From positions 22,342 through 86,341 of the forward strand of contig CACKQW010000001.1 of assembly GCA_902602415.1 (NCBI GenBank): 64,000 nucleotides of DNA. The letters are read 5' to 3'. The notes beneath the pieces were generated by a model. That model made no database searches and was not told the origin of the DNA. It saw only the letters and a list, made by a program, of their open reading frames with translations. Of this stretch, positions 11,055 through 20,809 are shown piece by piece. A program made the translations under genes and the position numbers. The DNA comes from an uncultured Bacteroidota bacterium (GTDB lineage Bacteria > Bacteroidota > Bacteroidia > Flavobacteriales > Flavobacteriaceae). How positions within the stretch are numbered: the first letter of the stretch is position 1; every line of letters begins with the position of its first letter.

Positions 11055-11864
11055 ATGAAGAAATTAGTATGTTTAATTGGGATGTTTTCAATGTTATTCA
11101 TCCACTCCAATTATAGTTTCCCTCAAGAGGAAGTTGATTCACTTGTGCAAGAGGTTGATTCTATAGTTCAGTCTGAGGTCTTGGAATCTAGTGATGATAT
11201 TGTCGAAGAGCAATTAGTAGTAGAAGAGGAAGAACTTAACTTTCACCAAGAACTAAAGAAAAGGTTTATAGAGGGAGGACCTGGTTTTATGGGAATAGTT
11301 TTACTTTGTTTAATTCTTGGTTTGGCTATTGCCATTGAAAGAATTATATACCTAAACCTATCAACTTCTGATTCCAAAAAATTAACAGCCAATGTTGAAG
11401 CAGCCATGAAAAATGGTGGTGTCAAGGCTGCAAAAGAAGTATGTAGAAATACTCCAGGACCTGTTGCATCTATTTTTTATCAAGGACTTGACCGTGCTGA
11501 TGAAAGTTTGGAGTCTGCCGAAAAAGCTATAATTTCTTATGGAGGTGTACAAATGGGTCAGCTTGAAAAAAATGTTTCATGGATTTCATTATTTATTGCT
11601 TTAGCTCCTATGTTAGGATTTATGGGTACTGTAATTGGTATGATTCAAGCTTTTGATAAAATTGAAGCTGCTGGTGACATGCAACCATCCTTAGTTGCTG
11701 GAGGTATTAAGGTAGCATTATTAACAACAGTTTTTGGATTAATTGTAGCGATTATTCTTCAGATATTCTACAATTATATTATAGCCAAAATTGATAATAT
11801 CGTCAATGACATGGAGGATGCGTCCATTTCTTTAATGGATATTTTAGTTAGTAATAAAAAATAG
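11055..11864 (+). CDS. exbB: MotA/TolQ/ExbB proton-channel family protein
   Basis: 269 aa. Signal-like N-terminus with an acidic imperfect repeat. C-terminal TM pair LAPMLGFMGTVIGMIQAF and GGIKVALLTTVFGLIVAI typical of ExbB/TolQ. Confidence 0.85.
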   Translation: MKKLVCLIGMFSMLFIHSNYSFPQEEVDSLVQEVDSIVQSEVLESSDDIVEEQLVVEEEELNFHQELKKRFIEGGPGFMGIVLLCLILGLAIAIERIIYLNLSTSDSKKLTANVEAAMKNGGVKAAKEVCRNTPGPVASIFYQGLDRADESLESAEKAIISYGGVQMGQLEKNVSWISLFIALAPMLGFMGTVIGMIQAFDKIEAAGDMQPSLVAGGIKVALLTTVFGLIVAIILQIFYNYIIAKIDNIVNDMEDASISLMDILVSNKK

Positions 11865-11870
11865 GTTACA

Positions 11871-12275
11871 ATGAATATTTATAAAATTGTTATTTACAGT
11901 GCATTATCTCTTTCAATTTTAGCCATTGCTTCTGTTTTGGTTATTTTGTCTGACACATTAATTGGGATTGACATTATTCTCACTATTGCTTATTTAATCT
12001 TATTTGCAATTATTGCCTCTGTTCTATTTTATAGTTTCAAAGGAATTGCTTCTGATAAGTCCAGTTTAAATAGTACTTTGAAGTTGGTTGGTTCTTTTCT
12101 TACCTTATTTATTATATGTTTTCTTATTTCATCAGGTGACGAAACAATAATGCGTGAAGGAAAAGTCTTATCGGCACTAAGCTCAAAATTTATTGGTGCA
12201 GCAATTTTTATGTTTTATTCACTTATTTTGATTGCAAGTGGTGCAATGTTATATTTTGGAGTAAAAAATAAATAA
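11871..12275 (+). CDS. hypothetical 4-TM membrane protein inside the exbB-exbD cluster
   Basis: 134-aa ORF, 6 nt after exbB and 4 nt before exbD. Four hydrophobic helices. No family recognised. Confidence 0.55.
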   Translation: MNIYKIVIYSALSLSILAIASVLVILSDTLIGIDIILTIAYLILFAIIASVLFYSFKGIASDKSSLNSTLKLVGSFLTLFIICFLISSGDETIMREGKVLSALSSKFIGAAIFMFYSLILIASGAMLYFGVKNK

Positions 12276-12279
12276 CCAA

Positions 12280-12876
12280 ATGGCTAGAAGATCATCTCCA
12301 GAAGTTAATGCAGGTTCAATGGCAGATATTGCTTTTTTGTTATTGATCTTTTTTTTGGTAACTACGACTATTGAAACTGATTCTGGAATTAGCAGAAAGT
12401 TACCCCCAATGGAGGAACTGGAGGAGGATGTTGTTATTAAACAAAAAAATATTTTTACTGTTCTATTAAATGGGAAAGATCAACTTCTTGTTGAAGATGA
12501 ATTGATGGATTTAGAAAATTTAAGAGAAGCAGCTATTGAGTTTTTAGATAATGGAGGAGGAGTTGGTGATGATGCATGCAGTTATTGTAAAGGTAAAAAA
12601 GATAAATCCTCATCCGATAATCCGGATAAGGCAATAATCTCTTTAAAAAATGAAAGAGAAACTTCTTATGCAACATATATTTCTGTTCAAAATGAGTTAG
12701 TTGCAGCATACACACATTTGAGAAATATCAGAGCACAAGAATTATATGGTTACTCATATTCTGAAATGATGAAAAATTACAAGGATGTAAATTGGCCAGG
12801 AAATAGAGATGTACTAAAAGAAAATATTAATCGTCTTAGAAAAGAGTATCCACAAAAACTATCTGAAGTTCAATAA
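12280..12876 (+). CDS. exbD: ExbD/TolR biopolymer transport protein (long form)
   Basis: 198 aa. N-terminal anchor SMADIAFLLLIFFLVTT typical of ExbD. Extended periplasmic part containing CSYCKGKK. Confidence 0.85.
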   Translation: MARRSSPEVNAGSMADIAFLLLIFFLVTTTIETDSGISRKLPPMEELEEDVVIKQKNIFTVLLNGKDQLLVEDELMDLENLREAAIEFLDNGGGVGDDACSYCKGKKDKSSSDNPDKAIISLKNERETSYATYISVQNELVAAYTHLRNIRAQELYGYSYSEMMKNYKDVNWPGNRDVLKENINRLRKEYPQKLSEVQ

Positions 12877-12884
12877 TAAGTTAT

Positions 12885-13367
12885 ATGTCAAAATTTAATA
12901 AAAAGAAAAAAGGAGATTTGCCAGCAGTAAATACTGCATCCCTGCCTGATATTGTATTTATGTTACTTTTCTTTTTTATGGTTGCCACTGTAATGAGAGA
13001 TAACGAGCTCAAGATTAAAAATGAATTGCCTGCAGCTAATCAAGTTGAAAAATTAGATAAGAAAGAACTTATTATGTATATATACGCAGGAAAACCCAAT
13101 TTTGGTTATCAATCAAAGTTTGGTACTGAGGCGAGGATTCAATTAAATGATAAGTTTTCAGAGGTTTCAGATATTCCAGCTTTTATTTATTCAGAAAGAG
13201 AATCAAAAAGAGAAGAATTAAGACCTTTCCTTACTACTGCCCTAAAAGTTGATAAAGAAACAAAAATGGGTATTGTCGGTGATATAAAGCAAGAATTGAG
13301 AAAAGTTAATGCTCTTAAGATTAACTACACTACTAGAATTGGAGATGTTTCTCTGAATAAAAAATAA
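12885..13367 (+). CDS. exbD: ExbD/TolR biopolymer transport protein
   Basis: 160 aa. N-terminal anchor SLPDIVFMLLFFFMVAT. Second exbD paralogue in tandem. Confidence 0.85.
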   Translation: MSKFNKKKKGDLPAVNTASLPDIVFMLLFFFMVATVMRDNELKIKNELPAANQVEKLDKKELIMYIYAGKPNFGYQSKFGTEARIQLNDKFSEVSDIPAFIYSERESKREELRPFLTTALKVDKETKMGIVGDIKQELRKVNALKINYTTRIGDVSLNKK

Positions 13368-13368
13368 T

Positions 13369-14778
13369 CTAAATTTCCTTTCTCAGTCTGGCTACAGGAA
13401 TATTGAGTTGCTCTCTGTATTTTGCTACCGTTCTTCTTGCAATCTTATATCCTTTATCTTTAAGTATTTTTACTAATTTTTCATCAGTTTCAGGTTTTCT
13501 TTTATCCTCATTAGAAACAATTTTCTCCAATATTTTTTTTATTTCAATAGTTGAAATTTCTTCACCGCTAACAGTTTTCATAGACTCACTAAAAAATTCT
13601 TTAAGAAGCTTAGTTCCATAAGGGGTATCCACATATTTACTATTGGCTACCCTAGAAATAGTCGATATATCCATTTCAATTTCATTGGCAATATCCTTTA
13701 AAATCATGGGTTTTATATTTTTTTCATCCCCAGTGATAAAATATTCTTTTTGATAATTCATTATTGCTTGCATCGTGATAAATAGTGTCTGCTGTCTTTG
13801 CTTAACAGCATCAATAAACCATTTTGCTGAATCAAGTTTTTGTTTAATAAATTGAATCGCCTCTTTTTGAGATTTGGTTTTGTTTTTATCAAGCTTATAG
13901 CCTTTTAACATTTCATCATAATCCTTAGAAATATTTAAATAAGGGCTATTTCTGTAATTTAATTCTAATGAAAGCTCATTATTTTCAATTGAAATTTTAA
14001 AGTCAGGAATAACTTGTTCAATGGGTTTATTTAATCCAGAATATGCACCTCCAGGTTTTGGATTTAGTTTAGAAATTAATGAAATAACGTCCTTTAGAAC
14101 ATCTTCACTAATTGAATACTTATTCAGTAATTTTTGATAGTGTTTTTTTGAAAATTGCTCAAACGAATTTTCAATTATGTCAATTGCTAGATTAGTAATG
14201 TAACTGCTTTCTTTTCTTTTTAGCTGAATGGCTAAACAACTTTTTAAGGATTGCGCACCGACGCCAGGGGGATCAAAAGTTTGTATAATTTTTAAAATTT
14301 CTAAAATTTTATTTTCATCAGTGTTAATATTTTGTGTAAAAGCTAGGTCATCGATTATTTCATCATTTTTTAGTCTTATATAACCTGCATCATCAATGCT
14401 TCCAACTAAGAATTCCGCAATTATCATATCATTTTGATCCAGATTAATAGTTTTAAGTTGAGATATTAAGTATTCAGTAAAGGATATTCCGGATGAATAA
14501 GGAATACTTTTTTCTTCAGAAGAGGAATAATTATTTGATGATGTTTTGTAAAAAGGGGTATCATCATCAGAAATATAATCATCAATATTTAAATCATCAT
14601 TTAAATCATCAGACTTTTCATTTTCTGAGTTTTTCCCCATTTCAAGTGCTGGATTTTCCTCAATTTCTCTTTGAATTTTTTGTTCAAAATCTAATGTTGG
14701 AAGTTGTATTAACTTCATCAGCTGAATTTGCTGAGGAGACAGCTTTTGAGACAGCTTTAACTTCAAATATTGTTTCAT
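13369..14778 (-). CDS. rpoN: RNA polymerase sigma-54 factor
   Basis: 469 aa. Gln/Leu-rich N-terminal region I (LSPQQIQLMKLIQLP), acidic linker, C-terminal HTH and RpoN box ARRTVAKYRE. Confidence 0.95.
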   Translation of the reverse strand: MKQYLKLKLSQKLSPQQIQLMKLIQLPTLDFEQKIQREIEENPALEMGKNSENEKSDDLNDDLNIDDYISDDDTPFYKTSSNNYSSSEEKSIPYSSGISFTEYLISQLKTINLDQNDMIIAEFLVGSIDDAGYIRLKNDEIIDDLAFTQNINTDENKILEILKIIQTFDPPGVGAQSLKSCLAIQLKRKESSYITNLAIDIIENSFEQFSKKHYQKLLNKYSISEDVLKDVISLISKLNPKPGGAYSGLNKPIEQVIPDFKISIENNELSLELNYRNSPYLNISKDYDEMLKGYKLDKNKTKSQKEAIQFIKQKLDSAKWFIDAVKQRQQTLFITMQAIMNYQKEYFITGDEKNIKPMILKDIANEIEMDISTISRVANSKYVDTPYGTKLLKEFFSESMKTVSGEEISTIEIKKILEKIVSNEDKRKPETDEKLVKILKDKGYKIARRTVAKYREQLNIPVARLRKEI

Positions 14779-14781
14779 ATG

Positions 14782-16200
14782 TTAAAATTCAGCATTTTGA
14801 GGAGTTCTAGGAAAAGGAATAACGTCTCTTATATTAGACATTCCAGTGACAAACATAACTAATCGTTCAAATCCCAAACCAAATCCAGAATGAACTGCAG
14901 ATCCAAATTTCCTTAGATCTAGATACCACCACAATTCTTCTTTTTCGATTTTAAATTCATGCATACGTTTTAATAAAATATCGTAGTTTTCTTCCCTTTG
15001 TGAACCACCAACAATTTCTCCAATTCCAGGGAATAGTATATCCATAGCTCTAACAGTTTTGTTATCGCTATTTAATTTCATGTAAAATGATTTTATTTTT
15101 GCGGGATAATTATATATAATTACTGGGGATTTATAATACTTTTCAACTAAATACCTCTCATGTTCACTCTGCAGGTCATTGCCCCATTCAGTAATCAAAT
15201 ATTTAAATTTCTTTTTTTTATTCGGCTTACAATTTTTTAGAATTTCAAAGGCTTGATCGTAGGTTATTTTTTCAAAATTATTCTTTACAATAAAATTTAA
15301 CTTTTCAATTAAACTCAATTCATTTCTCTTTTCCTTCGGTTTGAGATTATCTTCATCTATTAATCTTTTTTCTAAAAACTCTAGATCTTCTTTATTTTTT
15401 TCTAGAATATAGTTAATAGTATATTTCAAAAACTTTTCAGAAAGATCCATATTTCCTTTCAAGTCTAAAAAAGCAACTTCCGGTTCAACCATCCAAAATT
15501 CAGAAAGATGTCTTGAAGTGTTTGAATTTTCTGCTCTAAATGTTGGCCCAAATGTATAAACTTTTCCCATAGACATTGCGTAGGATTCTGCCTCTAGCTG
15601 TCCTGAAACGGTCAACTTAGTCTCTTTACCAAAGAAGTCATCACTGTGATTATAACCTTTTAATTTTTTAGAATTTAGAGTAGTAACTTTAAATTGCTCC
15701 CCAGCCCCCTCTGCATCGCTTGCTGTTATAATGGGAGTATTTACATAATAAAAACCATTTTTTTGAAAAAAAGTGTGGATTGCATAAGACAATGAAGAGC
15801 GAATTCTCATTACAGAGCTAAAAGTTGTAGTTCTAGTTCTTAAATGTGAAACAGATCTTAAAAATTCCAAAGAATGTTTCTTGGGTTGTATTGGGTAATC
15901 ATCAGGGTCAGACTCACCATGTATAACTATTTCATCAACCAAAACTTCAACAGATTGTTTGGATCCTTGGCTTTCAACAACTTTTCCATTGATCTCAATA
16001 GCAGATCCAGTGGAAATCTTCTTTAAAAATTCATCATTGTATTTTTCAAAGTCAATAACACATTGAAGGTTATTAATAGTTGACCCATCATTCAATGAAA
16101 TAAACCTATTTGCACGAAAAGTTTTAACCCAACCAGCAACTACGATTTTTTTTGAAATTAAATTTTCAGAACTCAGTATTTCCTTAACAGAATTTATCAT
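14782..16200 (-). CDS. asnS: asparagine--tRNA ligase
   Basis: 472 aa. Class II motif 2 FRAENSNTSRHLSEFWMVEPE and motif 3 GFGLGFERLV. Confidence 0.97.
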   Translation of the reverse strand: MINSVKEILSSENLISKKIVVAGWVKTFRANRFISLNDGSTINNLQCVIDFEKYNDEFLKKISTGSAIEINGKVVESQGSKQSVEVLVDEIVIHGESDPDDYPIQPKKHSLEFLRSVSHLRTRTTTFSSVMRIRSSLSYAIHTFFQKNGFYYVNTPIITASDAEGAGEQFKVTTLNSKKLKGYNHSDDFFGKETKLTVSGQLEAESYAMSMGKVYTFGPTFRAENSNTSRHLSEFWMVEPEVAFLDLKGNMDLSEKFLKYTINYILEKNKEDLEFLEKRLIDEDNLKPKEKRNELSLIEKLNFIVKNNFEKITYDQAFEILKNCKPNKKKKFKYLITEWGNDLQSEHERYLVEKYYKSPVIIYNYPAKIKSFYMKLNSDNKTVRAMDILFPGIGEIVGGSQREENYDILLKRMHEFKIEKEELWWYLDLRKFGSAVHSGFGLGFERLVMFVTGMSNIRDVIPFPRTPQNAEF

Positions 16201-16210
16201 ATTATTATAT

Positions 16211-16218
16211 CAAATATA
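16211..16218 (-). promoter_or_regulatory. -7 box TATATTTG upstream of asnS
   Basis: Exact TAnnTTTG match on the minus strand, 10 nt before the asnS ATG, in the 37-nt gap after the MMPL gene. Confidence 0.4.
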
Positions 16219-16237
16219 TATTATTTCATTGTTAAAA

Positions 16238-18628
16238 TTATAGTTCTTTTTCATCAGAAATAATTTTGAATTTAGGCTCTTTTAAAACTTTTTCATTTGC
16301 AATTGATCTTTCTAGAGTTAGTAAAAGGGAAGGGAGTAGAAGTAAATTTGAAAGCATTGCCAATAAAAGGGTTCCTGAAACAAGTGCACCTAAGGCAACG
16401 GTCCCTCCAAAGTTTGAAACTATAAAAACTGAAAAACCAAAGAAAAGAACAATTGAAGTGTAAAACATACTAAGTCCTGTTTCTCTAACAGAGTTGTAAA
16501 CGGACTTTTTTATTTGCCATTTATTTTCTTGAAGTTCTTGTCTGTATTTTGCAAGGAAATGTATTGTGTCATCCACAGAAATTCCAAAAGCAATACTGAA
16601 AATTAATATTGTTGAGGGTTTTATAGGTATGCCTATGTACCCCATTAATCCTGCGGTAATTAGCAGTGGAAGCAAATTCGGAATAAGAGAAATAATAATC
16701 ATCCTAAAATTCCTGAATAGATAAGCCATAAATAAAGATATCAATACTACAGCAAGTCCAAGAGAAGCTACAAGATTATCAACTAAGAAATAAGTGCCCT
16801 TTTGAAAAAGATATGCTTTTCCAGTTAGGAAGACTTCAAATCTTTCAGAGGGCATTACTTTTTGAATTTCAGCGTTCAATTCTTCTTCTATTCTTTCCAT
16901 CCTTTCGATTTTCATATCTTTCATAAATGTTGTTATTCTAGTATATTGACCAGTGCTATCAACAAAGTTTTTTAAAAGATCAACTTCAGAACTTGAGTTT
17001 TTTGCATATGAAAGAATAAAACTATTTTCCTGAGCTGTTGGGACCTGGAAATACTTTGGGTTACCATTATAAAAAGCCTGTTTTGAATATTTAACCAAAC
17101 TAACAAGTGAAATAGGCCTTGATAGCTCAGGAAATTTTGAAATAATATCTTCAACAACTTTCATTTTTTTAATTGTAGATAACCTAGTTATTGCTTTTTT
17201 TCTTTTTGAGTCAATATAAATCTCCAAGGGTAATATCCCGTTAAACTCGTCTTCATAGTATAAGATATCTTCAAAAAATTCTGTATTTCTTGGCATATCA
17301 TCAATAAAACTTCCAGAAATTTCAATTTTATAAATTCCAATAATGCTAAGAGCTAACATAATAATAGAAATCACATATACCTCGATTTTTTTATTTTTTA
17401 CCACACCCACCATCCAGTTTAAAAGTGAAGTTATCCATTTTTTATTTTGGTGTTCAAGATGCTTTTTATCAGGGACAGGAAGAAAGCTGTAAACAATGGG
17501 AATGATTAAAAGACATAGAATAAAAATTGATAATATACTTAATGATGCTACTACACCAAACTCGTTAAGCAATTTGCTGTCCGTTGAAATGAAAGTTGCA
17601 AATCCTGATGCTGTTGTTACATTAGTCATTAAAGTTGCATTACCAATTTTAGTAATTACCTTCTGAAGAGATAGAGATTTAATTCCGTGTTTATTTAGTT
17701 CATGCTGATATTTATTAATTAAAAAAATACAGTTGGGCATTCCAATCACAATTATAAGTGGAGGAATTATAGCTGTCAAAACAGTTAACTCATATTCTAA
17801 AATTCCAACAATTCCCAAAGTCCACATAACTCCGATACAAACCGTGAAAATTGAAATACCAGTTGCTCTAACAGATCTGAAAAAAAAGAAAAATATAAAT
17901 GATGTAACAATTATGGCGAGAAATATAAATTTTCCTAATTCTTTTTTTATTGTTTCTGAATATTTAGTTCTTACGTATGGCATTCCAGAAATCCTAACAT
18001 CGATACTATAATCTTTTTCAAATGTTGAGACTCTAGGTAATAACACTTCATTTACAAATTTTTCTCTTTGGACTGTATTAACGACCTCACTCTTTAAATT
18101 AATTGCTGTTCTCACAGCTTGACTTTCAGAGTTAATCAAAAATTTATCATAAAATGGAGTTCTATTAAAAATTTCATATTTTAAATTTTCAACTTCTTCA
18201 TTACTAGAAATTGAATCTTTAATAAACGGTTCAATATAAAATTGCCTTGAATCTTTATCCTTCTTTAATTTTTGAAGGTCACCAAAAGAAATGACAGTAG
18301 ATACATCACTATGCCCCTTGAAACTATTTGAAAGATTGTTCCAAGCGTTTAACTTTTCAATTGTAAACAATGTAGAGTCTTTAACAGAAATCACAATTAA
18401 GTTACCCTCTTCACCAAACTTTTCAGTGAAAGCTCTGTATTTTATATTTTCTGGATGTGTATCGGGCAGTAAATTAGCCTCAGTGTAAGTGAATCTTATT
18501 TTATCCCAATGAGTTGTAAAAAAATAAGTTGTTAGTATTAAACCAATTATGATTAATATTCTGTTATTTAAAATAATACCAGCTGTAGACTGCCAAAAAC
18601 CTGAGAAAATTTTTTTTTTCATTATCAA
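16238..18628 (-). CDS. MMPL/RND-superfamily membrane transporter (HpnN-like exporter family)
   Basis: 796 aa with two repeats of a periplasmic domain plus a 5-6 TM bundle. The start at 18628 is TTG; the ATG at 18622 (MKKKIFSGF) is more likely. Confidence 0.82.
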   Translation of the reverse strand: MIMKKKIFSGFWQSTAGIILNNRILIIIGLILTTYFFTTHWDKIRFTYTEANLLPDTHPENIKYRAFTEKFGEEGNLIVISVKDSTLFTIEKLNAWNNLSNSFKGHSDVSTVISFGDLQKLKKDKDSRQFYIEPFIKDSISSNEEVENLKYEIFNRTPFYDKFLINSESQAVRTAINLKSEVVNTVQREKFVNEVLLPRVSTFEKDYSIDVRISGMPYVRTKYSETIKKELGKFIFLAIIVTSFIFFFFFRSVRATGISIFTVCIGVMWTLGIVGILEYELTVLTAIIPPLIIVIGMPNCIFLINKYQHELNKHGIKSLSLQKVITKIGNATLMTNVTTASGFATFISTDSKLLNEFGVVASLSILSIFILCLLIIPIVYSFLPVPDKKHLEHQNKKWITSLLNWMVGVVKNKKIEVYVISIIMLALSIIGIYKIEISGSFIDDMPRNTEFFEDILYYEDEFNGILPLEIYIDSKRKKAITRLSTIKKMKVVEDIISKFPELSRPISLVSLVKYSKQAFYNGNPKYFQVPTAQENSFILSYAKNSSSEVDLLKNFVDSTGQYTRITTFMKDMKIERMERIEEELNAEIQKVMPSERFEVFLTGKAYLFQKGTYFLVDNLVASLGLAVVLISLFMAYLFRNFRMIIISLIPNLLPLLITAGLMGYIGIPIKPSTILIFSIAFGISVDDTIHFLAKYRQELQENKWQIKKSVYNSVRETGLSMFYTSIVLFFGFSVFIVSNFGGTVALGALVSGTLLLAMLSNLLLLPSLLLTLERSIANEKVLKEPKFKIISDEKEL

Positions 18629-18630
18629 TA

Positions 18631-19188
18631 TTAAACAGTCATAATTTCTTTTTGTTTTATTTCAAAAACTTGATCAATTTTAGAAATAAAATTATTTGTA
18701 ATTTCCTGAATGTCAAGCTCAGCATTTTTTTTCATGTCTTCAGAAAATGATTCAGATTTTTTAATTTCATTATTAGCATCTTTTCTGGCATTCCTAACAG
18801 AAATTTTAGCATCTTCAATTTCACTTTTAACTTGTTTTACTAGCTGAATTCTTCTTTCTTCAGTAAGAGCTGGAACAGAAATAATAATATTGTCCCCATT
18901 ATTCATTGGATTAAATCCAATATTTGCCATCTCAATGGCTTTTTCAATTTCTTCAAGTGCAGTTTTATCCCAGGGTTGAATAATCAGAGTTTTCGCATCC
19001 GGGGTATTAATATTAGCCATTTGAGCAAGTGGGGTTTTGGCGCCATAATAATCAACTGTAACGCTAGAGAGCATATTTGGGTTTGCTTTTCCAGCTCTAA
19101 TATTAAGTAGTTTTTTTTCTAAGTAATCAATTGAATTTTTCATTGATTCTTTTGACATTTCGATTATAAGATTAAGTTCCTCTTCCAT
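18631..19188 (-). CDS. frr: ribosome recycling factor
   Basis: 185 aa. IRAGKANPNMLSSVTVDYYG segment typical of RRF. Confidence 0.95.
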   Translation of the reverse strand: MEEELNLIIEMSKESMKNSIDYLEKKLLNIRAGKANPNMLSSVTVDYYGAKTPLAQMANINTPDAKTLIIQPWDKTALEEIEKAIEMANIGFNPMNNGDNIIISVPALTEERRIQLVKQVKSEIEDAKISVRNARKDANNEIKKSESFSEDMKKNAELDIQEITNNFISKIDQVFEIKQKEIMTV

Positions 19189-19193
19189 AATTT

Positions 19194-19898
19194 TTAAAGA
19201 TTTACTAATGTACCAATTTTATCACCCTTAACAACTTTTAGTAAATTATCTTCTTTATTGAAATCGAAAACGATAATGGGTAATCTATTTTCCTGACTCA
19301 ATGTAAAAGCAGTAGAATCCATAATTTTTAATCCTTTTTTTATTGCGTCACTGAATGAAATTTTTTCAAATTTGAAGGCTTTTGAATTTTTTTTTGGATC
19401 ATCATCATAAATTCCGTCCACTCTAGTTCCTTTTAAAATAACATCTGCTTCAATTTCTATAGCTCTCAGAACAGCAGCAGAGTCTGTTGTAAAATAAGGA
19501 TTTCCAGTACCAGATGAAAAAATAACTATTCTTTTTTTGTCCAAGTGTCTTATAGCTTTTCTCTTTATAAAAGGTTCAGCAACTTTATTGACATTTATGG
19601 CACTTTGTAATCTTGTTGCAATCCCAATATTTTCTAGTGTATTTTGAAGAGCTAATCCATTGATTATAGTCGCTAGCATACCCATATAGTCACCCTGAAC
19701 TCTGTCTATTTTATAATCACTATTAAAACCTCTGTATATATTTCCTCCTCCAATTACAATAGCAATTTCAACCCCTAAATCATATATTTTTTTTATTTCT
19801 CTGGAAAATTTGATAAGAATATCAGGATCAATTCCATTTTTATTTTTTCCGCTTATTGCTTCTCCTGAAAGTTTTAATAGGATTCTTTTGTATTTCAT
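19194..19898 (-). CDS. pyrH: UMP kinase
   Basis: 234 aa. Motifs ILLKLSGEA and GGGNIYRG. Confidence 0.95.
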   Translation of the reverse strand: MKYKRILLKLSGEAISGKNKNGIDPDILIKFSREIKKIYDLGVEIAIVIGGGNIYRGFNSDYKIDRVQGDYMGMLATIINGLALQNTLENIGIATRLQSAINVNKVAEPFIKRKAIRHLDKKRIVIFSSGTGNPYFTTDSAAVLRAIEIEADVILKGTRVDGIYDDDPKKNSKAFKFEKISFSDAIKKGLKIMDSTAFTLSQENRLPIIVFDFNKEDNLLKVVKGDKIGTLVNL

Positions 19899-19926
19899 TT
19901 GCCAAGTTGAAGTTGTATTAGCTAAG

Positions 19927-19934
19927 CAAATATA
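19927..19934 (-). promoter_or_regulatory. -7 box TATATTTG upstream of pyrH
   Basis: Exact TAnnTTTG match on the minus strand, 28 nt before the ATG. Confidence 0.45.
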
Positions 19935-19975
19935 ACACAGATTTATGCCGAAAAAAAATTATAGGAAATTATAAA

Positions 19976-20797
19976 TTATCCAATTGAAACTCTACTAAAT
20001 GATAAAATTTTGATGTCTCCAAAGGTTTTTAGGTACTGAGCAACTGAAACTTTATTTTCTTTGATAAATTGCTGATTTATTAGTGTATTGTCTTTAAAAA
20101 ATCTATTCAGTTTACCAATGGCAATTTTTTCAATAAGTTCCTCAGGCTTACCTTCAGTTCTTAGCTGATCTTTTGCAATTTCTATTTCTTTTTTTATTAG
20201 CTCAGGATCTACACTTTCTTTGTCCAGCGCAATTGGGTTCATAGCAGCGATTTGCATTGAAATATCTTTGCCAACTGTTTCAATGTTATCTACTTTTTTA
20301 TCAAATCCAACTAAAGATGAAATCTTATTTCCTGCGTGGATATACGTTCCAACATAATTAGCTTCAATTCTACTAAAATCATTGATTTGAATTTTTTCTC
20401 CAATTACACCAGTTTGTTCAATTAACTTTTCAGAAACTGATGAATTGCCGAATGGTGAGTTTAACAACTCCTCCTTAGATTTGCAATTCAATGCAATATC
20501 AGCGATATCAAAAGCCAGTTTGACAAAATCATCATTCTTAGCCACAAAATCAGTTTCACAAGCTAAAACAATTCCGATTCCAACCTCATTAGAATTATTA
20601 GTAATTGCCAATGCAACACCTTCACTTGAGTTTCTGTCAGCTCTCTTGGCTGCAACCTTTTGCCCCTTTTTTCTTAGAATCTCAACAGCTTTATCAAAGT
20701 TTCCTTCTGCTTCAACTAATGCATTTTTACAATCCATCATCCCCGCTCCTGTTGATTTTCTTAAATTATTAACGTCTGAAGCTGTAATTTTTATCAT
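19976..20797 (-). CDS. tsf: translation elongation factor Ts
   Basis: 273 aa. N-terminal LRKSTGAGMMDCKNAL signature. Confidence 0.95.
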   Translation of the reverse strand: MIKITASDVNNLRKSTGAGMMDCKNALVEAEGNFDKAVEILRKKGQKVAAKRADRNSSEGVALAITNNSNEVGIGIVLACETDFVAKNDDFVKLAFDIADIALNCKSKEELLNSPFGNSSVSEKLIEQTGVIGEKIQINDFSRIEANYVGTYIHAGNKISSLVGFDKKVDNIETVGKDISMQIAAMNPIALDKESVDPELIKKEIEIAKDQLRTEGKPEELIEKIAIGKLNRFFKDNTLINQQFIKENKVSVAQYLKTFGDIKILSFSRVSIG

Positions 20798-20809
20798 GAT
20801 TATTTAAAT

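Noticed and set aside
10907-11116. 69-aa ORF in the track (MAERSKAHAWKVCIHQ...)
   Set aside because: It is the translation of tRNA-Ser (10901-10988) and the following spacer, and it overlaps the exbB start. It is an artefact.
11121-11170. Imperfect tandem duplication in the exbB 5' region (CAAGAGGAAGTTGATTCACTTGTG / CAAGAGGTTGATTCTATAGTT) encoding QEEVDSLV/QEVDSIV
   Set aside because: It is short and imperfect, and it lies in an acidic low-complexity N-terminal region. It is probably simple sequence drift.
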